From positions 511,055 to 575,054 of the forward strand of contig JAKMXF010000022.1 of NCBI GenBank assembly GCA_024704765.1: 64,000 bases of DNA, in the 5' to 3' direction. The notes beneath the pieces are model-generated. The model was not told where the DNA came from, ran no database searches, and worked only from the letters and a program-made list of their open reading frames with translations. This document shows, piece by piece, positions 11,352-22,908 of this stretch (its first letter is position 1; each line of letters starts with the position of its first letter). The translations under genes and the position numbers were made by a program. This DNA comes from Oopsacas minuta (taxonomy: Eukaryota; Animalia; Porifera).

Positions 11352-14300
11352 TCACAAATCAGTGCGGATAGAGTCGAGTGACTCATCCAAACTCTGAGAT
11401 TCAATGACGTCACCTTGTAGATTCTTATTCTTAAGATTACCAATCGTAAACGCGTCTGTACAATTGTTAACACCAAGCATTGCCTTCACACGGAACACAA
11501 ACATCTCGAGAGATTTCCTTAACGGCGGTACATAGCGAGTCAGTGAGATATCCTTTAGATTCTTAGAGTGTGTACAATAGTGTTGCAAACACCTAGTCCC
11601 ATGCTGTAATGTCTTGAGAAGACTGGTAACCTCACTGTTCTTTTCTCTGAATACAAAGTCAAGTAGAGGCATTCCTAGTTTGAGGAAAGTATCTATGTAG
11701 AAGCGACTGCATCTGAGTACTGTACTCAAGAATAAGCGATTATCAAATGACTTCACAATGTTAACGAGGATTGAGAATAGCCTCACAGATATTTCTAATT
11801 TGAATAGCCTTTGTAAATGTAATTCCATTGAATCTGAAGGTTGGAAAGGAGGATCTTGTAAAGTTTTCAGATCGTAAACTAACTCAGAGAATATAACTTT
11901 ATAATAAACATATATAGTAGATGTGTTGAGAGTTGGAAATAGTTTTGATCTGTTGTTATCCTCTACCAATAATTCTGGCATAGCATTGCCTGCGAGTTCT
12001 TCAATAGCTAAGAGAGGCGATTCATGGAAATTCACATAAAATTTAACAATATCCTCGAAATGTGAAGGTTTGTTCGTACCATAATGAGGCCATTGGTGTT
12101 TCAATATTTTTCCAAGACTCTCAGAAATAGTTTGCCTTATTCTCGGTTTTTCATGAAGCAGAGATATGTAATAGTATATCTTACAAACAGGCTGTACGAA
12201 TGTAAATATGTTTCCACGGAATAATAGTGAATCGAAGTAATCGATAGCATTTACAATCATCTCATCTCTTCCCAATAAAACTTGATCTGAATTCGATTGG
12301 AAGAAATCAGAAATGTCTTTTAGAATTAAATCAAATTTATCAAGATCTTTGTTGTGGGAAATGAGATGGAAAATCGTCTCTAAACACGAGAATAAGAGAG
12401 AAATAAATTCCATCTCTTCTTGTGTTTGGAAGAAATCATTTTCTGTAGTGTCCATTGAATCAGCAGGTGTCTTATCAACTAGCTCTAGGAAGCAACACAG
12501 ACGTGGAAATATGTCACATACCAATTCAAGTACTTGGTTGTCAGGGGTACTTGTCCTGCCAGAATGGCTACTAAAGCCAAATTGCCTTGAAGGCAGGAAC
12601 TTATCTAGTTTGTGTTTTAAAGCGTAAAATAAGAATGTACATTCTTCTAAATTAATAAGGAGCTTATTCCAAAATTCATCAGAGTTTGTCTGACGGGCTT
12701 CATCCATATTAATTTCAATGTTTATGAGCATTACAGAGTGTAGTGAGAGTTGTTCATAGAGGGGGGTAGGGAGAAAATTAAAGTGTTGCTTGTCAGAACT
12801 AGTTTTAACCTTCTCAATGAAATTATGTTTCTGTTTAATCTTTACAAAATCTATTGGTGTCAACACCTGATCAGCATGTGTAGCAGTTACTGCTTGAAGA
12901 ACAGATTGGGACATATATTTTGGTAGAGAATATAGCTGTGTTGCATATTTATTAAGTAATCTTTCTACTAGAATTAGTTGTGATAAACATTGGTATACAG
13001 GGGATTGAGATCCTGCATCTCTCACTGAAGAGTATACATTTATTAACTCACAAAGCCAGGCAGATAAGATCAACAAACTAGACACGATAATTTGCGAACT
13101 CTCTGCAGAGAACTGATCAGGCTTAGTTAATTCTTCTTGTTGAATGAGTAGGATAGGAGAAGTGAGGAGGTGTTCTATTTCTTGGAGACTGCCATTCAGA
13201 TGTTGACAACATATGGAAACTAACTGTAGCTGTGGTAACAGAGAAAAGAGACTGCGAGAATCTTTTGTACGATCTACCTTATTGATTTGTAGTGCATGTA
13301 CTAATTGTAATAACTTCAAGGCTACAGTAGGCTTGTCTTTCTTCAAACCTAATATCAATTTAGGTTTGAGTTCACCAATCGAGTCAAATCCCTTCTTATT
13401 CAGTTCAATCATAAATTCAGCTACGAATTCTTTTTTCAGTCCAGACATTACCCAACTTAGAAACTTTTCATTTCTTCTAGAAGCGCGCACGATAGTAGCT
13501 AGCTCAGAGTAGAAGAGGGCCAGAGAGGCAGGATGGGAAGAGAGAATTTGTTTCAATTGTAAAATCGGTTTGGTTAATCTTCTCAGCTCAGTATCATTCA
13601 AATCAGTAGAGTATTGTTCTAATAATAAACGAATACCTACTGCCACGCCAACTACACCAACATTCCTAATTGACTCATCTCCGTTACCTAGCAACGAGTT
13701 TACTGACTCATGGAATGTGTCATCGATATATGTTTCATCTGGATTGTCAGAATGCAAAGCTAGATTAGCTGTTAGTTCAAAGAATTTCATAATATTTTTT
13801 TGTGAGAAAGTGTGAAGTTCGGTGTACAGATATTGTAGTTTAGGTACATAAGGTAGGAGAATGTCTTTGTTAGATTCCGCGAGTGAGATGAGGAGAATGA
13901 GAGGAGGCATGGGTTCTTGTTGTGGATCCAAACACAGAGTTTGAAGAATGAAATCTAAAATAGATTGTCTTCCATCAGTTTCTGCTGCTAGAAATAGAGA
14001 CCGCAATAGATTCAGTGTAAAAATGGATTCATTTGTAATAAAAGGGGTCTGAAACAGCGCGAAAAAAGACGCAGAATCTTTAGACACACAGTGTGCTAGA
14101 ATAGAAATATCCTCCAAAATAGTTTCAATAGAAATTCCTTGTTTAAGTTTAGCCTTCAAAGCATTCTGCACTCTAACCTGTACACAACTCATGCTATACA
14201 TTATACATAGTACACATAAATCAACAGCTCTAACTTCTGGACTAGGTGATAGCTCGATATATCGCAGCCAGCTTTCAAATATCAACGGCTGGAATCTTAA

Positions 14301-15230
14301 TACACTCTCTAGTGTGTGGATGATGACTACATTCCTATGCAACCCTCTGGTAGTCATGAATATTTCAGAGCTTCTAACATGTGTAACAACCTCGTCGCTT
14401 TCCTCTTGATTAGATGGATGTAAAATAAACTTTAGTAAATATTCTAAATCATCGCTAGGAACAGATGTAAGCATAGAGAGAGCTGAATCTCTGAATTCCT
14501 CCATCAAATCAGGATTCAGATTAAAATTTGATACGGTGTCAATGATGACAGCTGTCAGTTTGATTTGAGATACTAGATCTTTCAGCTGTTGGGCTACGAA
14601 AATGTGTTCAGAGTCCTCCACTATATCTGGAAGACATAGTACAATCAGACGCTTTAGAGGTAGAGGAGATGAGCTGAGAACCTTCAGAATCTTGGTGGAG
14701 AATTCTCTTGGTTTTGCTAGCTTACTGATCCATCTTAATTGAGAAAGAATCAGATTCGTATTCTCATTGACCTCATCATGCTCTAAAGTTTTAGAGTATT
14801 CCTCCAGTTTAGTGAGTAAGAAAGATAGGATAAATGGTTGGAGACTGAAGATGTCTAATAGGAGGCGTACTAGAGTAGGCTGCCCCATGTTACTGAGAGA
14901 GTATTCAGGAGGTCCCGAATAATCCAAAGGTTCCATCGACGCCTTTAGTCGATCTTCAGTGCCTAAATGATATTCAATTTCTTCTTGCAATGCATCCATG
15001 CTAATTGGTAGTGAAGACAGCTTGAGATTGAATGTACGAGTGAATGTGGAAATATCACAGTTTATATTGTAACTCAATTGAGATATTTTTATACCACAAT
15101 CCTCTAGTAGAATTGCAAAGTTCTCAGCTAGTTCAGTTCTAATAAAATCTCTCGCTTTCTTACGCGTATTCTTCTTGGTTATGCCAGTAGAATTGAGTGA
15201 TTGGTTTGCCTTTCCTTTAGGTTTATACAT
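11352..15230 (-). CDS. FANCD2: Fanconi anemia group D2 protein, single exon, ATG at 15230 (~1292 aa)
   Basis: LILSQLRWI, LPDIVEDSEH, FLKLGMPLLDFVF and the characteristic C-terminus FRVKAMLGVNNCTDAFTIGNLKNKNLQG. Confidence 0.93.
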   Translation of the reverse strand: MYKPKGKANQSLNSTGITKKNTRKKARDFIRTELAENFAILLEDCGIKISQLSYNINCDISTFTRTFNLKLSSLPISMDALQEEIEYHLGTEDRLKASMEPLDYSGPPEYSLSNMGQPTLVRLLLDIFSLQPFILSFLLTKLEEYSKTLEHDEVNENTNLILSQLRWISKLAKPREFSTKILKVLSSSPLPLKRLIVLCLPDIVEDSEHIFVAQQLKDLVSQIKLTAVIIDTVSNFNLNPDLMEEFRDSALSMLTSVPSDDLEYLLKFILHPSNQEESDEVVTHVRSSEIFMTTRGLHRNVVIIHTLESVLRFQPLIFESWLRYIELSPSPEVRAVDLCVLCIMYSMSCVQVRVQNALKAKLKQGISIETILEDISILAHCVSKDSASFFALFQTPFITNESIFTLNLLRSLFLAAETDGRQSILDFILQTLCLDPQQEPMPPLILLISLAESNKDILLPYVPKLQYLYTELHTFSQKNIMKFFELTANLALHSDNPDETYIDDTFHESVNSLLGNGDESIRNVGVVGVAVGIRLLLEQYSTDLNDTELRRLTKPILQLKQILSSHPASLALFYSELATIVRASRRNEKFLSWVMSGLKKEFVAEFMIELNKKGFDSIGELKPKLILGLKKDKPTVALKLLQLVHALQINKVDRTKDSRSLFSLLPQLQLVSICCQHLNGSLQEIEHLLTSPILLIQQEELTKPDQFSAESSQIIVSSLLILSAWLCELINVYSSVRDAGSQSPVYQCLSQLILVERLLNKYATQLYSLPKYMSQSVLQAVTATHADQVLTPIDFVKIKQKHNFIEKVKTSSDKQHFNFLPTPLYEQLSLHSVMLINIEINMDEARQTNSDEFWNKLLINLEECTFLFYALKHKLDKFLPSRQFGFSSHSGRTSTPDNQVLELVCDIFPRLCCFLELVDKTPADSMDTTENDFFQTQEEMEFISLLFSCLETIFHLISHNKDLDKFDLILKDISDFFQSNSDQVLLGRDEMIVNAIDYFDSLLFRGNIFTFVQPVCKIYYYISLLHEKPRIRQTISESLGKILKHQWPHYGTNKPSHFEDIVKFYVNFHESPLLAIEELAGNAMPELLVEDNNRSKLFPTLNTSTIYVYYKVIFSELVYDLKTLQDPPFQPSDSMELHLQRLFKLEISVRLFSILVNIVKSFDNRLFLSTVLRCSRFYIDTFLKLGMPLLDFVFREKNSEVTSLLKTLQHGTRCLQHYCTHSKNLKDISLTRYVPPLRKSLEMFVFRVKAMLGVNNCTDAFTIGNLKNKNLQGDVIESQSLDESLDSIRTDL

Positions 15231-15500
15231 TCTATCCAACAACTAAAACAACTTACAATACTACCATAATTTTAAATAGAATTAATTGAGATCATCAATA
15301 GAGATGGGAGCCTAGACAGTAAGTGGTATGATGCTAAATTTTTTCCCCGTCTTATTTGTGATGAAAATCAATTTGCTGACCACTTTACTAACATAATAAT
15401 GTATGAAATTTCCTTAATAATCGTAGGCAATTTATCTACAAAATCGAAAATAGTTAATTGGTAACAAATCCAAAATTTCAAATGTATGAAAATAAGTGAA

Positions 15501-16052
15501 CTATGACCAGTGGGCATTCACATGGTTAGTTTCAATAATGTCCATGTAAGCATGCGTTTGTAGCCATGTAGAGTCTACTTGTAGTTCAATCAATAAGCTC
15601 TCAGCTATCTCAACTCCCTTCTTTCTAGACTGGTCAGGTTTCATAACTATCTCTAGTTCTAAGAAGTAGCCAATTCCCTCTACTTTATCTAAACGTACGT
15701 GTGTTTGACCGATAAAGTAAAGTAGTCTCTCTTTAGTAACCTCCCCTCTCTGAAGCAATGTTTTAGAAAGAATTTCTTTCATTGAAATAGGGTCTTGAAT
15801 TGGACTTTTTGTGTAGTGACATTGTTTGGATGCAGTATCAGCCGGTTTTTCATAAAATATCAATGTTGCAACACTTCGACCTCTCCCTTGTTGCTCCCTT
15901 AGTTTCAAAATACCTTTTGAAGAGTGGTAGAAAGTGTCACGTTGTAGTACTTGAGTACCCTCAGATTTTGTTTTGCGATTCAAATGTAAACGGACGTGTT
16001 CAAATACCATCAAATTTGGTAACCTTGCTTTTATTTCAATATTATATGGCAT
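15501..16052 (-). CDS. CYTH-domain protein, class IV adenylyl cyclase (CyaB)-like
   Basis: NIEIKAR (ExExK-type motif), QRDTFY, LKLRE, VTKERLLY, LDKVEGIGYFLELE and terminal AYMD motifs. Enzymatic activity cannot be inferred from sequence. Confidence 0.88.
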   Translation of the reverse strand: MPYNIEIKARLPNLMVFEHVRLHLNRKTKSEGTQVLQRDTFYHSSKGILKLREQQGRGRSVATLIFYEKPADTASKQCHYTKSPIQDPISMKEILSKTLLQRGEVTKERLLYFIGQTHVRLDKVEGIGYFLELEIVMKPDQSRKKGVEIAESLLIELQVDSTWLQTHAYMDIIETNHVNAHWS

Positions 16053-16883
16053 TATTGAATCTAGGAACGTAAAAGATGATAAAACAATTAACTAAACGAA
16101 AAAATTATCTCCCCAAATATTTCTATTTCAAACGGTGTCATTGCTAATAACGTTCTTAGGAACACATTCACTAAGGAATAATGTTCCCCGCCCAACAATT
16201 TGTAGAACTATCTAAGATAAGTGATTCTAGAGCGCGTTGAGACACTTGCTTAACAGGCAGTTTTTCTCAATAAAGAGGAGTCAACTTTATGAAATGACAA
16301 TGATTGAAACTAGCCGTGATGGCTAAGTTTTATAATGCGTATTACGTAAACAGGTTATAAGTGAGCTATTTGAAAGTATTTTACTTCTTAGTATATTTCC
16401 AAATGGTACAATTTGACATCGTTAAACTTATGGTAATTTCATAATGTTTTCATTCAAGAAATTATTGTACATCGGGAATCCAGAAGTTACAGCTGAAAAT
16501 TTGTAAAAATTAACAATAATTTGTAATTTGCATATTAGGCAATCATTTGACAGAATTTCCAAATTTCATACCCAGTAACGACTGTAACGCGTTAATTAAA
16601 TATTCGCATAATGCATCTTTGATTTTAAAATTATAGCAAGCAAACAAGTTATAACATTTCTCAATTTAGACTTCAGAGCATGGACACATAAAATTGATTA
16701 CGTAACAAGACATACAAAAGATATATCAGAGAGGGTAAACGAGTATTTGAATACTCTAATAAAGTTGGAATCTACTTTATCAGAATAAACTAGAATAAGT
16801 AATAAGGTTCTTCAAAACAAGTGAGTATTGAATATAGTAAGTTGGGTATTGTGGATTATGTAGTTATAGTCGTATAAGACTTT

Positions 16884-17867
16884 TTACAACTGTACATTGA
16901 ATCCAATTCCTGGAGGAAATTCAGTAGGTAATGTAGTCTGTCGTTGGAGAGGGTTTGTAGTGTCTTGTGGCATAATAAATCCAATGGCTGAAGGATTGAT
17001 TACATTAGTGTTAGTTCTTACAGAGTTTGGAAGAATAACAGGTCCTGATTCATAATATGGTTGGTAGGGAGGGTGATTTGCAATGGGGTTATGATAAATA
17101 GCAGGATTAGCAGGGGGTTCGACAAACGTAGTGGGCATGGTGTAAGGATACTGGCCAAGGGTACTATTAGATATAGTAGGAGGCTGACCAAGGGTGCCAC
17201 TTGGCATTGGATGAATAGGATAGCCAAGGTTGTTACCATTGGGTGGTGATGAAGGATGATAACTAATTATGTCAAGGGATTGTGTAGAAGTAGGTGGACC
17301 AATGTAATCACTGGGAATTGTAGGAAGATACCCGAGAGAAGGTTGTTGACTACGTCCAGATGTGTTTTCGGTAACTATAGAAGAATGTTTGGTAAGTTTC
17401 ATTGTGGAAGTTGGTTTGTGGGAATTTGTAGGAGGAGACTGTGTTTGCTTTATAGCTGATTCTTGAGTAGAATAACTTTGTGAATCAATCTTGAGTAGTT
17501 TGTATGCCTCCTCCCCAGCTCTTGTACCTTCAAACATGGCAAATAAAGAATGTTTATCTGATTCCTTCAAGTTCAGTTTGTTATACTTTATTAATTCCTC
17601 TAAACAATTGAACTGATTACCTTTGTCGGTACCCATTGCAGTAATTAGAGAAATTGCTTCATCTAGTTTGCAAACTGACATTTCTTTCATTAATAGATTG
17701 AATCCTGTCAACTTAGCATCTGAGATAGTAACAGGCTCTAATAGTTGCAATATTTGTGAAACGTTAAACTTCTTGGCTACATAGCATTCCATAATGTCAA
17801 TCTTGCTAACATTGTATTTACTTGATTTCACATCTTGCAGCAACTGGGAGAATTGTTTGCTTTCCAT
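16884..17867 (-). CDS. PROSER1-like protein (N-terminal DUF4476-like helical domain + Pro/Ser-rich tail)
   Basis: The N-terminus MESKQFSQLLQDVKSS...FNVSQILQLL...AKLTGFNLL resembles the PROSER1 N-terminus; a long Pro/Ser/Tyr-rich low-complexity C-terminus follows. Confidence 0.55.
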   Translation of the reverse strand: MESKQFSQLLQDVKSSKYNVSKIDIMECYVAKKFNVSQILQLLEPVTISDAKLTGFNLLMKEMSVCKLDEAISLITAMGTDKGNQFNCLEELIKYNKLNLKESDKHSLFAMFEGTRAGEEAYKLLKIDSQSYSTQESAIKQTQSPPTNSHKPTSTMKLTKHSSIVTENTSGRSQQPSLGYLPTIPSDYIGPPTSTQSLDIISYHPSSPPNGNNLGYPIHPMPSGTLGQPPTISNSTLGQYPYTMPTTFVEPPANPAIYHNPIANHPPYQPYYESGPVILPNSVRTNTNVINPSAIGFIMPQDTTNPLQRQTTLPTEFPPGIGFNVQL

Positions 17868-18234
17868 GTGTATAATTACTGGTATTTATTTAGTTATTAA
17901 TTGAATATAGTGTACATACATGCCCTATTTATATTTATCCCCGTTTGAATTTTCGAGTTATTCAGTTTGTGCAATCATACAAGTTCTAATTTGTATGATT
18001 TAACGAGTAGTGTAATCTTACGTGAGCTGTCCTAGACACTAGAGTGTAGTAATTTTATAGCGTCGCTAAATTTAGCAGGGTTTCATTCAAAAATTATGCT
18101 CAGAATATTTATACCGAACAAAAATTTGGAAATTTATGCTTAGCGAGTTGCCCATGTAGCGAATTGTTTGAAGAGTGAAGTATCCATGTAGCGAACTGTC
18201 ATTATTCCTCATTTCTACTCTACTCTGTCATAGT

Positions 18235-19326
18235 ATGTCTTATACCCACGAAGAAGCAAACAGCTTCTCTCAGTTCAAGCAGTTAGCAGAAGATCTCAGG
18301 ATGAAGATGGAAGAAATCCATACAATTACCCCTAGTGCACGTAAGAGGTTCATAGAGGAGAATACTGAATCTGGAAACATTCAGATACTTCTTAGCGAAA
18401 TACTTAGCTGTCATAACAAGTGTGTAGCGCAGAGAGATCAGATAGAAGACGAGTTTCAGAACGAACAGGAAATGTCAGATTCCGCGAATGACAAGCTCCT
18501 CGAGTCAGAGCTACACCTTCAGATATTGAAGGATGAAGTGAATGATTTGAAGAGATTTCGCGCTTTAGGAGATGGAGGGAGTAATCCTAATGAAGTTATC
18601 CGTACTAAATTACAGGAGCGAGCTAAACTCACGACTAGAATGGAGCAGCTTAAACTCGAGGAGATGAATGCTGCTCACAGTCTGTTAGGAAGAAAAGCTG
18701 AGTATGACAAGCTCAATTCCAAGCTGTCACACCTGCAAGAATTCTTTCCTCTATTCTCACAATCACAGCCTATTTACTCAGAGACAGTTGCAGCAATGGG
18801 ACAAGGCATGATACCTCAGGAAGTTTACAAGCTTCCTCTCCCTCTATTCATGATATACATGCGTCTTACTATCTACGTCATCAACAGAATGGATCCTGAG
18901 TTAGAATGTGTTGTGCAAGAATCAGAGAATAACTCTACTGACTCGAATACAGCTGTTCCTCATGCCTATTCTATTGTACTCCGTTATAACCAAAAACAGA
19001 TTGCTTTCTACTATCATCCTGGACTACAGGTCATCAGTGTACGTCACAATTTACCCACTCAATACGGGATATTGATCGGACTATATCCTAACGATAATGG
19101 TAATGTATCTCCCAATCCCTCCACTTACTATCTGTTAAAAACCGCGATTCCTACCCTCTCAATGGATGAATTAGTGTCTGGGGGACATACAGGTAGGATG
19201 TACCGATGGAGTCAGGTCCTTGCTGGCCTATTCTTCTATCCTGAAAATCAAAATGAGTTGACGATACAGGTTACATCGTTTGATGTCATTCATCAGTTAG
19301 ATATTGTGTTATCAGAAGCTGTCTAG
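18235..19326 (+). CDS. THOC5: THO complex subunit 5 (FMIP), C-terminally short, ATG at 18235
   Basis: Coiled-coil N-terminus, YKLPLPLF, LYPNDNGNVSPNPSTYY and YRWSQVLAGLFF match THOC5 motifs (LPPPLY; LYPGDHGKKTPNPANQY; YLWVQKLGGLHF). Confidence 0.82.
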   Translation: MSYTHEEANSFSQFKQLAEDLRMKMEEIHTITPSARKRFIEENTESGNIQILLSEILSCHNKCVAQRDQIEDEFQNEQEMSDSANDKLLESELHLQILKDEVNDLKRFRALGDGGSNPNEVIRTKLQERAKLTTRMEQLKLEEMNAAHSLLGRKAEYDKLNSKLSHLQEFFPLFSQSQPIYSETVAAMGQGMIPQEVYKLPLPLFMIYMRLTIYVINRMDPELECVVQESENNSTDSNTAVPHAYSIVLRYNQKQIAFYYHPGLQVISVRHNLPTQYGILIGLYPNDNGNVSPNPSTYYLLKTAIPTLSMDELVSGGHTGRMYRWSQVLAGLFFYPENQNELTIQVTSFDVIHQLDIVLSEAV

Positions 19327-19442
19327 AGTGCATTTTACATCTTTCAAATTAGTTTATCATTCTTTACGTATCGGAATTAATATTGAGTTTCTTAATCAAT
19401 TAATCAATAATTTTGATACTTGTGTAATTACCTGTGCAAGAA

Positions 19443-21854
19443 ATGATATTGGACATTGATGGCCTCGAAGTATTGTTCCCATTCGAGTGCATCTTCCCAG
19501 AACAGTATGAGTATATGCTGGAATTGAAGAGGGTACTAGATGCTAGAGGTCATGGAGTGCTAGAGATGCCGTGTGGGACTGGTAAGACAATCTCTCTCCT
19601 CTCAGTGATCCTCTCCTACTCCCTAAAACACCCTCACCTCGTGTCTAGACTGGTCTACTGCTCTAGAACTGTCCCAGAGATAGAAAAGGTCCTAGAAGAA
19701 TTGAAAGTTTTATTCGCAGCATATCATCAAGAACGAAAAAAGCCTCTCGATATACTTGCTATAGGTCTCAGTGCTCGTAGGAATCTATGCATTCATCCTG
19801 AAGTCTCACAAGAGACAGATGGAAGAGTTATAGATGGGAAATGTCAAAGACTGACATCGTCATTTGTACGAGAACAGAGACAAATAAACCCGATACTCCC
19901 TCAATGCGATTTTTTCGAACGTTTTGAGTCTTACGGCAGAGACGCGCTTTTACCCGACGGTGTATACACGATAGAAAGTCTTAGAAATTACGGCAAGGAG
20001 CAAGGGATATGTCCATACTTTATGGCTCGTCACGCTATACAAAATGCTAAGATAATAGTGTATAGCTATTCTTATGTATTAGATCCAAAGATAGCAGATA
20101 TAGTGTCTAAGGAGATACCTAGAAATACTGTAGTTGTGTTTGATGAAGCACATAACATAGATAATGTGTGTATTCAGTCCATGAGTGTTAAACTGACTCG
20201 CACAACATTGGGAGGAGCTCTCAGGAACCTGGACACCCTCTCAGAAGAGGTGGAGAGGATTAAGGAGCAGGATGCTAACAAACTGAAACACGAGTACCAA
20301 AGGTCAGTACTACAAATCTACAATCACCTGTTTTATTGAATTATTATTGTTTTATTATTTGTAAGGTTAATAGAAGGTCTTAAAGAAGCACGGTTGGCTA
20401 GAGATACGGACCTGTACCTGGGTAATCCTACACTCCCAGATGCTGTCCTAGAAGAAGCTGTACCTGGAAATATTAGAAAAGCAGAACATTTTCTAAACTT
20501 TATGAAGAGATTTGTAGAATATCTTAAAAGTAGATTACGGAGTTCTAGAGTTATTTCAGAGACTCCTCCTCTCTTCTTAACTCACATCAGCAGGACTGTA
20601 TGTATTGAAAGGAAACCACTGAGATTCTGTTACGAAAGACTCAGGTCACTTCTCTCCACAACAGAAACCTTCAATATAACCGATTTTTCTCACCTTATCT
20701 TAGTTGCTAATTTCGGAACTCTAGTTGCTACTTATGATAAGGGATTCATGGTACTGATAGAACCATACACAGACCTAAATCCTACTACCTTGAACCCAGT
20801 CATGCATTTGTCCTGTCTCGATGCGTCTGTTGCTTCTAAGCCAGTGTTCGAAAGATTCCAGAGTGTCATTCTAACCTCTGGGACTCTGTCTCCTCTAGAT
20901 ATGTACCCAAAGCTCCTTGCATTCCAACCTGTCCTAACCGTATCCCTGAGTATGTCACTAGCTAGGCCGTGTGCATGTCCTCTAGTGATTTCTCGTGGAA
21001 ATGATCAGATGGCTATCACTACAAAATTTGGAGATAGAGAAGATGCTAATGTAGTTAGAAACTATGGGAATCTCTTATCAGAGTTGTCTTATATCGTACC
21101 GGATGGTCTCGTGTGTTTCTTCACTAGCTACACCTATATGGAGTCAGTAGTAGCTGCATGGTGTGAACAGGGTATCCTCAGTAAGGTACAGAAAAATAAA
21201 CTAATTTTCATTGAGACACAGGATTCTTGTGAGACACGCTTAGCCCTGACTAACTACTGGCGTGCCTGTGAGACGGGTAGAGGAGCTGTGTTACTGAGTG
21301 TAGCTCGAGGTAAAGTTTCTGAAGGAGTAGATTTTACTGGTCATTATGGAAGATGTGTAGTTATGCTTGGTCTACCTTATGTATACACACAGAGTAGATT
21401 GTTAAAGCTGAGACTTGATTACTTAAATGAGAATCTACAGATACGGGAGAATGATTTTCTTACTTTTGACGCGATGCGGCATGCTGCTCAATGCATGGGT
21501 CGAGCTATTAGAGGTAAGAACGATTACGGGTTGATGATATTTGCAGACAGACGGTTCGGTCGCGTAGACAAACGAAAGAAACTCCCGAAATGGTTGCAAG
21601 ATACTATGCCAGATTCTAATTGCAACCTCTCTACAGAAGAGGCGATACAAATCGCAAAACATTTCTTCAGACAGATGGGACAACCATTCCGTCGAGAGGA
21701 TCAATTGGGTGTGTCACTTCTAACTTTAGAACAAGTGAGGGAGAGAGAAGCGAGGAGGAGAGCAGAGGAACCTGATTATGGGATGGATCAAGAATTGGAT
21801 TATGAATTCGGAGAGAATGCTGAACTTCCTGAAGATACAATGGATACTGTTTAG
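19443..21854 (+). CDS. ERCC2: TFIIH helicase XPD; exons 19443-20302 and 20366-21854 (~782 aa)
   Basis: EMPCGTGKT, four Fe-S cysteines, [29 protein letters not shown] and [10 protein letters not shown]. The 63-nt GT-AG intron restores EYQR|LIEGL. Confidence 0.97.
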
Positions 21855-22908
21855 AAATATTTATTATTATTGTAGTTCATTTTGATATCAGTTTCAATTA
21901 AAATTATTCTCTAATTAAAGACAATGAATATATTTGGAATCAAGAGAGGCTAATAGTATTCTCGCAACACGTCCACACACCTTTCTATGCAATTGAGTTA
22001 TTTCCAAGTTGCAATTATTCACTCTACAGATCAGTGTTATCCGATGATGACCCACAAAGTTCATGCCATGTATATGCCACACTCTTGAATATAGATACAG
22101 TACGTTGAGCGTTATTAATATGAAGGTCTCATGAGTCAGGAAGACTTGATGTATACATTTAGATAATGATTGCTATAAAAACCTTTGATTTTGACATTTA
22201 TTTGTTATTTATTACAGGTACATTCATCCACAAACAAACCTTTGCATTACTTCAGCATATTTCTTTGTACGAATACTCTCTAAAATATTCACTAAGGAAT
22301 TGCAAATTTCATCAAAAATCTATTTTGTATACGGATATTTATTTTTCCAAATACCTTTGCTCCAATAACTTAATTAATAAACATACACCATTGAATTCTC
22401 CTTACAATAGAGTCAGATATCCTATCACCCAACCCATACATAGGACCATTCAATAATCAACTAACAACCAAATTAATTACATGTTATGTCACAGCCAATT
22501 AGTGTGGTAATGTTTTGTGGAGCAATATCATGTCATGTGACCTATTCTAGCGAGTTCTCAAATACTCAAATAACAAGAAAATATGCTGTCAGTCTACCAT
22601 ATATCATATTATCCTATCGTATTTCATGTGTTTTCAACTGCCCATATAAACCCTAATTCTGCTCATTTATTCAATCATTCTGATCTCTTATCTATCTTTT
22701 GAATCTGTTATTATTTCGGTGAGTTTATTAAGACTAATGATATGAATTGAATAATTCCAAATTATCACTACAGTTTACAAAACCAATTGAACCTCGTGTT
22801 ACGCGTTTTTACGCGATTTTAATTAACTGCCTTTTTGAATATTTGTTTTTTGGAGATTTGATAATTTCTTTACATCATTTATGTATTTCAAATATTTAGG
22901 AAATTTCT

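Noticed and set aside
15501-16052. CyaB-like gene as a recent bacterial horizontal transfer
   Set aside because: Lack of introns is uninformative because most neighbours are intronless, composition is not obviously different, and CYTH proteins of this type occur in other eukaryotes. A phylogeny would be needed.
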